A DNA stretch of 64,000 nucleotides. It comes from Chrysomallon squamiferum (lineage: Eukaryota; Animalia; Mollusca). The position numbers and the translations under genes are program-made. Location: positions 7,440,001-7,504,000 of the forward strand of contig CM022666.1 in the NCBI GenBank assembly GCA_012295275.1, read 5' to 3'. The notes below the pieces were generated by a model, which saw only the letters and a list, made by a program, of their open reading frames with translations, had not been told where the DNA came from and did no database searches. Positions within the stretch are counted from its first letter, which is position 1, and each line of letters opens with the position of its first letter. Below, piece by piece: positions 55,645 through 64,000 of the stretch.

Positions 55645-56690
55645 ATTGCACGCGACATCTTTAAAAACTTCATATCACTGATACCTTTAATCGGGTTGTC
55701 ACCTGTTTCAAAATGATATCGTCGAGTTTATCCAGGTGGCGCTGTCAATAGGAATATCCCATGATCCTGTCGCCAAGATGGTAGCCTGATATGGCAACGA
55801 GAGAGAGATTATTTGATTAGAATTGGCAATTAATCAGCCAATAGACGATATATAATTATTGGCGAACGAGTTCGTTTGTGGATTACTCTTGTAATATCGA
55901 CTTTATGCCGCGGAGTAAACTGAAGAGAAAATTAGCAGTGTCGGAAAATAAATATACGAGTTATGAGAACAAATTTGATTAGATTAGAGAAGACAAAATT
56001 AAGCAAATTTATAGAGACGCCGTGTTTTATTTAGATTATTTTATTTTATTTTATTATAGTTTATTTTATTTTATTACTTTTTAATTTTATGTTATTTTAT
56101 TTCTTTTTAATTTAATTTAAATTTTTAAATTTTACTTTATAATGTAATTTGAGGTTTTGATTAGATATAAGTTTATTTTTTTATTATTATTATTCATTTT
56201 TTTATAATTTATGTCTATTAATTTAATTTTATAATGTAATTTGAGGTTTTAATTGTATTTGAGTATGTTATTTATTTATTTATGTTAGTTGAGATTATAT
56301 TTTGTTCTGTTTTGATCATATGTTTGTTTTATAATGCGCTTATTTATTTATTTATTTATTTGCTTATTTATTTATTCATTTGAAATTATTTTTATTTTTA
56401 TTTTATTTTTTGTATTATTATTAATTTTTAAAAAAAATATATTTATGTAGTTCTAATAAATATCTTTACCTCCTTCCGGCTTCAAAAGCATAAACATATG
56501 AAAAAAGAAACAAAACGAAGGAGAGATAATGCAAAAAAATAAAATAAAAAAGAAGTATGAACGAACTGCTTGTTAAAGTTTTATTTTTCTTTCTTTCTTT
56601 TTTTTTTTTTTATTATCATTAAAATGTTATTATTAATTAACTATTCTGAAATTTTATATCTTATATATATATATATATTTATATTTATAT

Positions 56691-56759
<69 letters not shown>

Positions 56760-57964
56760 CTAAATACTTTCTAAAAAGAAAAGAAACGAAATTGTTTTGT
56801 CTTTCACAGCAGATATTACAAGCTGAAAAAACTGTATTTCTGGCGCCACCACAAAACCGAACATAAACGTATCCGACTGTTCCTTCCCCCACTTTTTCAT
56901 CGTCCACAATTTTTCTCTATTATCACCATTAACCATCTAATCGTTGAAACAAACTTTGAGCTATTAAACTTCCATGGGTTCACGATTAATTATTTATTTG
57001 TTGGTAATTCTATAGTATTTGTTTGCAGCGCCGGAGAGCGGCACTCCAAGTTTTCGACTGGTCCGCATAATGGCGGCTGTTCGATAAACTTGTCAATTGC
57101 TCAATTAAAGCCTCGAGCGGAGCGCGTGCGAACTCGCGCTCATTTCGGTCGAAAGAGTGATGTACTGCAGATAAGACATGGGTCGTCTCGTGAAAAAGCA
57201 TTTGAATTAATTACGTTATTGCCATAATGAAAGTAAAATTAATATACAATTCTGATAACTGTCTATTATACAATATTGTATTAATTTAATCATCATCAGG
57301 AAAGAAATGATAATTACATATATTGCTCTATCGGTTTTCACAGTCAGGTTAGTAAAATTAATAAAACCATTTCTATAATTACGACGGTATAATAAAGTTT
57401 ATTGTCTATAGTAATAAGTTGATTTTCCCAATGTAAAAGAAAAAGAATAACTATAATTATCATTAAAAAAAACATGCAATCCGCCAAATTTTAATTTCTT
57501 TAGAACAATACCGGCAAGGTTTAACTTTTGCATTTAATAAAATAAGAATTTTGTTTTTGAACTGCAGGAATCAGCTTTATTCCGTTTTTTTTGACATCTA
57601 AGTTATGTTTTCGGTTTCTAACTTTAATAATATGATATCTGTATTGCAGTAGATTTATAGTTAGATAATTTTCAACTACAACTGAGTTATGAGCTGTGTA
57701 ATGCGTTGGAAAATACGTATTTTAAAATCAACTGTAAATGAAATGTATTCAGTTTAACCTTAGTTCACTGATGTAATCAAATTTTAACTTTGTCTCTTAA
57801 AGTATAATAAATATTTATTTGTTTGTTTGTTTGTTTGCTTTTCTTTTCTTCTTCTTCTTCTTCTTATAATTGTTGTAGTTGTTGTTGTGGTTGTTACTAC
57901 TACTACTACTACTACTACTATTGTGAATGTCGCTAACAGTTTTCTGAGGTTTTATTTATTTATT

Positions 57965-58028
<64 letters not shown>

Positions 58029-58385
58029 TATAATTTCTATAATTTGTTTGTTTAGAGGTTTTTGACGTTTTTTTCCGTCCTTATCTTTTTTTCATATGTT
58101 TCTAAAGTTTTCCTGGAAACAATAAAAGGTTGAAACATTTGAATATTATAAGAAGCATGTGGATATACCTATGTTTGTGCATGTGCATGTATTTAGGCGC
58201 GTGATATTTGGAACATTTTAAAATATATCCAGAAAATATATCATACATACAATTTTTTTTACCATCTTTATACTGCTTTGACATATAATATCAGAGTACA
58301 CAACAGTACAAGATAAAAATTAATTTAAACAAACAAGAAAAAAAAAAGGCTGAAAAAGACAAAAACATCTTAATGTACCAAAAAT

Positions 58386-58453
<68 letters not shown>

Positions 58454-58913
58454 AATTGTCATCTCGTGATTATTAACTGACACAATGTTTCCTGTTTGAG
58501 TTTCACACACACAAACACACACACACACACACATACGCACAAGTTTGTGACTTTATTTATTTATTAATTTAATCGTAACAGCAAAATAAACGGTAAAAAC
58601 AATTATTAAATAACCAAAGAATAAATAGAGAAATAAACAATTAAATGATATTTGCAATTAGTCTGTGACAAGTATAATTTTAAAAATTGAAATAACTAAA
58701 GAAAGAATTATGATCAATTTTTTTATAATGGTAAATAAAAAAAAAAAATATTATATATATACATATACAAGCAGATAAACAGATAAATAAATGAATAAAT
58801 TGGTATTTACATTAACTGATTAAGAAAGAAAGAAAGAAAAAAAAATTAAAAACGAAAAGAAATGTAAATAATTATTTAAAATATATCACCAGTTCAATAA
58901 CAGTTAAATTAAC

Positions 58914-58951
<38 letters not shown>

Positions 58952-59169
58952 TGAAAAATAATAAACACATTCATCATTTTAAATAGAATCATTATTAATT
59001 TAAAAATTCCTATTATCTATAAAATAAAACAAAAAGACGTATATTGTTTTACATAAGATATTCATCGTAATGCATTTTAACTGAAACAAGGTGATAAAGT
59101 GGGGAAAACGTTTATTTTATTTATTACTTCTAAATGGCACAGTATCTTTTTCTTTCCCCATTCATCGAT

Positions 59170-59400
59170 TAATTGTCGAGGCGGGGCTAACGTCACTGCA
59201 GTCACGCGCCTTTTCTTATTGGCTAACGAATCGCGAACGTTCCTCGATTGTGATTGGTTAACCCGCCCCGACTTCCCGCGGTCTTTACAGCCCATTTTGG
59301 CGAGTGGTACATGTTTGAAATAAACACGAAAGAAAAATGTAAACACCATTATTCGATGGCAAATGTACCGCGGGTGTAGTGACGTTGTTCGCCATTTGTG
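59170..59400 (+). promoter_or_regulatory. CpG-rich promoter-like element
   Basis: GC boxes GAGGCGGGGC and CCGCCCC, two inverted CCAAT boxes (ATTGG), ACGTCA/TGACGT half-CRE sites, ~500-700 bp upstream of the 59888 ATG. Confidence 0.6.
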
Positions 59401-59887
59401 TGTTTTTTAAACGAAGTGGTTTTCGCTAACTCACTTGTTTAAAAAAAAGAAAAAAAAAAAAAGCTCTTGAACACAAGACATTTTGAGCCTTTTAACCTCA
59501 TGGGTTGGAAATAAAAATTCAGCAGACGTTATAATTGCTCGGAATAACTTTCTGTTAAATAATTTAAAAATTAAAAATTAAAAAAAAAATAAATAAAAAA
59601 AAAAAAAAAAGAAGAAGAAAAAAACGCATATATATAATTTATTTAATTTATGATATATTTTGTACGCATATAAATCGTTATTAAGCTCTTGAAGTTAAAA
59701 ATGCAAACAGTTCCTGGTTTTCTTTCCATGGTGTTTTAATATTATAATTCGTGGACGGATTTTCTTCCTTATTTTTCAAAAACTTTAAAAAAAAAAAAAA
59801 AAAAAAAAAAATATATAAATAACGACAGCAACACAACCAAGTTGGAAGTGGTGGAAAACAAAGTTCAGTTGATGTTTGAATTAAATC

Positions 59888-60014
59888 ATGGATCTTTCGC
59901 TGAAGAAAAAGTCTCCTTACGACATAGATAGTCTGCTAGGGCCGGAGAGACGACGAAAAACAGCGTCACCGAGGGAGGACGCAGAACACAACGTCGCTGA
60001 CGATGGAAAATCCG
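59888..60014 (+). CDS. Probable first coding exon of an eh1/octapeptide-containing transcription factor (homeobox-type repressor?)
   Basis: TAA ATC ATG start; 42 codons MDLSLKKKSPYDIDSLLGPERRRKTASPREDAEHNVADDGKS then a G|GTAATT donor; YDIDSLLG resembles the eh1/octapeptide motif (F/YSIxxIL); GC-rich island in AT-rich DNA. No downstream exon found in the window. Confidence 0.6.
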
Positions 60015-60109
60015 GTAATTTAAATTTAATTAGTTTAAGTTGATTACTTATTATTGTTGTTATTCTTATCATTACTACTACTATTACTACTGATGCTACT
60101 GCCACTACG

Positions 60110-60175
<66 letters not shown>

Positions 60176-60369
60176 GATTACTCTATTACTGTAGTGATTA
60201 TATTTATCGTTTCTGGGTTTTATTTATTCATTTATTTATTTATTTATTTGTTTATTTGTTTATTTATTTATTTTATTGTTTTTATTATTATTATTTCCAT
60301 AAATACTTCATTCAAATATATTTATTTTCTTTCTTCTTCTTCTTCGTCTTAATAATAATAATAATAAAA

Positions 60370-60434
<65 letters not shown>

Positions 60435-60607
60435 GTATATCTGCCAAAATATTTGTAAATCAGTTTAACTAATTATATTTATTACTTTTCCTAAGATCTT
60501 TGATATCAATAAATCATTTTCCTTAACTTATTTTAATATATATATATAGTTATTCTTTTTGATTATCAAAAAGTGTAATTTTATTTTTATTTAATTTTGT
60601 TACAATA

Positions 60608-60641
<34 letters not shown>

Positions 60642-60828
60642 GTGATAGTAGTAGTAGTAATAGCAGCAGTAATAGTAGTAGTAATAGTAGTAGTAGTAGT
60701 TGTGGTAGTAGTAGTAGTAATAGTAGTAGTAGTAGCTGTGGTAGTAGTATCAGTAACAGTAAAAAAAGTAATATTGTATTTGTTGTTATCGGAAGCGAAA
60801 AAACTAACTAAGTAACTAACTAACTAAC

Positions 60829-60871
<43 letters not shown>

Positions 60872-61589
60872 ATATAAAAATAAATAAATAAATAAATAAG
60901 CAAACAAATAAATAAAAGTATTAATTTATTAAAAAAACAAATACAAACAGTGGCAAGGAAAAAACATGTTAGCAAAGCTTTATTACAATATTTATAATAA
61001 AAAAACATAAAAACTGTAACAGCAACAACAAAAAGAACAAAGAGAAAAATTACATCAACAATGATAAATAGTACAATTACAACAACAAATATAACAATAA
61101 TAATTACTATGGCAACAAAAATATTGACAACAACAACAGACCTAATAATAATAATAATAATGATAATAATAATAATAATAATAATAATTTTAATAATAAT
61201 AAAAAATAATAACAATTTTACATATCATTTTCATTAAAAAAAAACAGAACATTTTACATAATTCCTAAATAAAAATAGTGAAATATAACTACTCATCTGT
61301 ATTTTTATTTTCAGTTTTATTTTCTGTTGTTAATAATTTACTGCAGTTTTTTTGTGAGTACAAATACTGGCTAGCTCGGAATTGTTAGTTGGATAAATGT
61401 TTGTTTTTTTTTCTTCTGTTTCATATTTCAAAGATGTATTTGTTTTTGTATTTGACAAAAAAAAAAAAAATAAATAAAAAATAAAAAAAAATAATAGTTT
61501 CCCACAGTATTCCACGAATAAGCCCTGAAATATGAAGTACATCAATATTAAAGTGACAAATATTTTGTGCAAATATATTTTCATTTCTA

Positions 61590-61860
61590 TTACTACTACT
61601 TTTACTACTATGCTACTTCTACTACTATTACTGCCGTTGCTGTTACTACTACTTTTACTATTATGCTACTTCTACTACTATTACTGCCGTTGCTGTTACT
61701 ACTACTTTTACTATTATGCTACTTCTACTACTATTACTGCTGATGCAGCTACTACTACTACTGTTAGTACTATTATTGCTGCAACTGCTACTGCTATTAC
61801 TGCACCTGCTACTACTATTACTGCTACTGCTACTACTATTACTATTACTGTTCCGACTAG
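61590..61860. repeat. (ACT)n-derived repeat with ~53-bp higher-order unit
   Basis: TACTACTACTTTTACTA.TATGCTACTTCTACTACTATTACTGC repeated three times. Confidence 0.8.
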
Positions 61861-61900
61861 CACCAGTTGGTTGTTGCCGTTATTTTTGTTGATAATCAGA

Positions 61901-61982
<82 letters not shown>

Positions 61983-62688
61983 CAAAGTAATAATTTTGGT
62001 GTCATTAATATTTTAGAACATCTCATCTAACATTATCAACGACAACAACAGCAATTTAATATTTATATTAAATTTTATAAAGAAAAACGATTTTAAAAAA
62101 TCATACAATTTTTTTTTTTTAAAAAAAAGAAAATGATTTCCTAAGTATCCTAATACGACGAAAAATTGCAAATAAAAATCCTGTTTTCGTTACAAACCGA
62201 TTATCGGTTATTTAACCCCGGATTTTATCATTCTTTTTTTCTTTTTCTCTCTTTTTTTTTTTTTTTTTTCAAGCTGTTTTCAAATATTTATTCAAATGAT
62301 TTGCATTAATGTTACACTAGCCTTGCAATGATAATATTAATAAATCATTACGCAGGGTGGGGTCGGGGTTTGGTGTCCCGCGAGGCGTGACGGAGTGTTT
62401 GGATAACGGTAAATTTGACCCCACGGTTAAGAAAACGTAAATTAATGTTATGTCAATTTAACAACAGAGCGCGTTTTAAATATTAATGTTGATAAAACAC
62501 GAGGCTTTAAAAGTACAAAGAAAATAAGCATTGTTTTCATTGATGTTGCATATTTACTCTAATTAGCGGAATAGGAAAAAGAAAGAAAAAAGATTAATTA
62601 TAATTAGATAAAGGGACAGGTTAAGAAATTGATTATAGTTAACGATATAGTTATTAAGAGGTCGATAAGTGTTTGCTTATTTCCTAAT

Positions 62689-62735
<47 letters not shown>

Positions 62736-62906
62736 TCTCAGCTTATAAAATCTTTAAACTTTGAATTATCTGTTTATTTTATTTATATTTTGTTTACTTG
62801 TTTGTCTGTTTCTTCGTTTGTTCGTTCATTCATTCATTCATTTATGAATTAATTTATTATCATTGTTGTTGTTGTTGTTACTGTTACTACTACCACTGCT
62901 ATTACA

Positions 62907-62938
<32 letters not shown>

Positions 62939-63638
62939 AAAACCTACTACTAATATTGTTACTACTATCACTACTGCTATTACTATTACTATCATATGTA
63001 CTACTGCTATCATTATTATTACCTTTTTATTATGATTATCATCATCGTTGGTGTTGTTGTTGTCGCTGTTCTTGGTGTCAGGGCTAAAACAAAGTCAGAT
63101 GCGTTTACAACAAACTGAAACAAAAATATGAAAAATCTGCAGATCAGTAACATGGCAGGTGCATATTCAGAATAAGTAAATTTAATTTGAAAATAAAGTC
63201 AGTTTAATATTGCGATAAATAATTTTAAATTACTTCACTGAAAGACAGCGAAACTTGTTTCGCATTCTCAAAATTATATAAATAAATAAATAAATACATT
63301 TTTTAAATTTATAACATGTTATAAATCCAACGCAACATCCCCCCCCCCAAAAAAAAAGAATAAAAAAAGGAATGAATTATTTATTTATTTGTTTGTTTAC
63401 TGGAATAAAATAAAATAAAAACTGAACGAGTAAATATAAAATGAATAAATAAATAAACAAATATTAAAAACAATTAATAAAAAAATGATAATGATTTCTA
63501 ATATATTACAAAATGACAGTGGCAACAACGATAACAATAACAAACAAACAAACAAATAAACAAACACATAAACAAACAAATTAATAAATAAATAAATAAT
63601 TCTAAATTATAGTGAATCAAAGTAGGTTTATATTCAAC

Positions 63639-63697
<59 letters not shown>

Positions 63698-64000
63698 TAA
63701 TAATAATAATAATAACAACAACAACAACAACAACAATAATAATAATAATTGAAATTATTCTACAGTAGGATACAATAGTATCGAAACTGGTTTCGGATTT
63801 CTTATAAATCCATGTAAACCAAAAACTCTGAAATTATATCTTGCAGAACATTATATTTTCAGTCCCAGAAGAAACATATATCATCATTTTCCATTAACGC
63901 GCTTTGTCTTCGATTTCCCTTCTTTTTAAATGGAGATAAGCAATAATTTATAAGGAGATAAGTAAATCGCTCGGTATGTTAATGTACGGGATAATTTTTT

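Noticed and set aside
62350-62430. GC-rich patch as exon 2 of the 59888 gene
   Set aside because: In-frame TGA in the required phase and no recognisable domain.

Overview
AT-rich, microsatellite-dense animal genomic DNA with GT-AG introns. It is probably a gastropod mollusc; this is inferred from the desaturase type and SINE relics and is not proven. Main content: (1) a 13-coding-exon minus-strand gene (12991 down to 321, running off the window) for an unrecognised coiled-coil/WD40-like protein, with a coding-like alternative terminal extension; (2) a head-to-tail cluster of three methyl-end (omega-x, Delta12/Delta15-type) fatty acid desaturase genes with intronless coding regions, at ~16, ~29 and ~45.5 kb, all on the minus strand. 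One carries a single 1-bp frameshift, and each has a 5'-UTR intron and candidate SREBP-type promoter sites (with CCAAT boxes at two of the three); (3) a tRNA-Asp(GTC); (4) a probable first coding exon of an eh1/octapeptide-bearing transcription factor at ~59.9 kb, missed by the ORF track; (5) MITEs, SINE relics, minisatellites and an inverted duplicated segment that appears to record CpG decay. The most interesting system is the desaturase cluster, a candidate de novo PUFA-synthesis locus whose paralogues differ sharply in GC3/CpG environment. Almost all other track ORFs are microsatellite or antisense artefacts. All alignments and compositional statements were made by eye.
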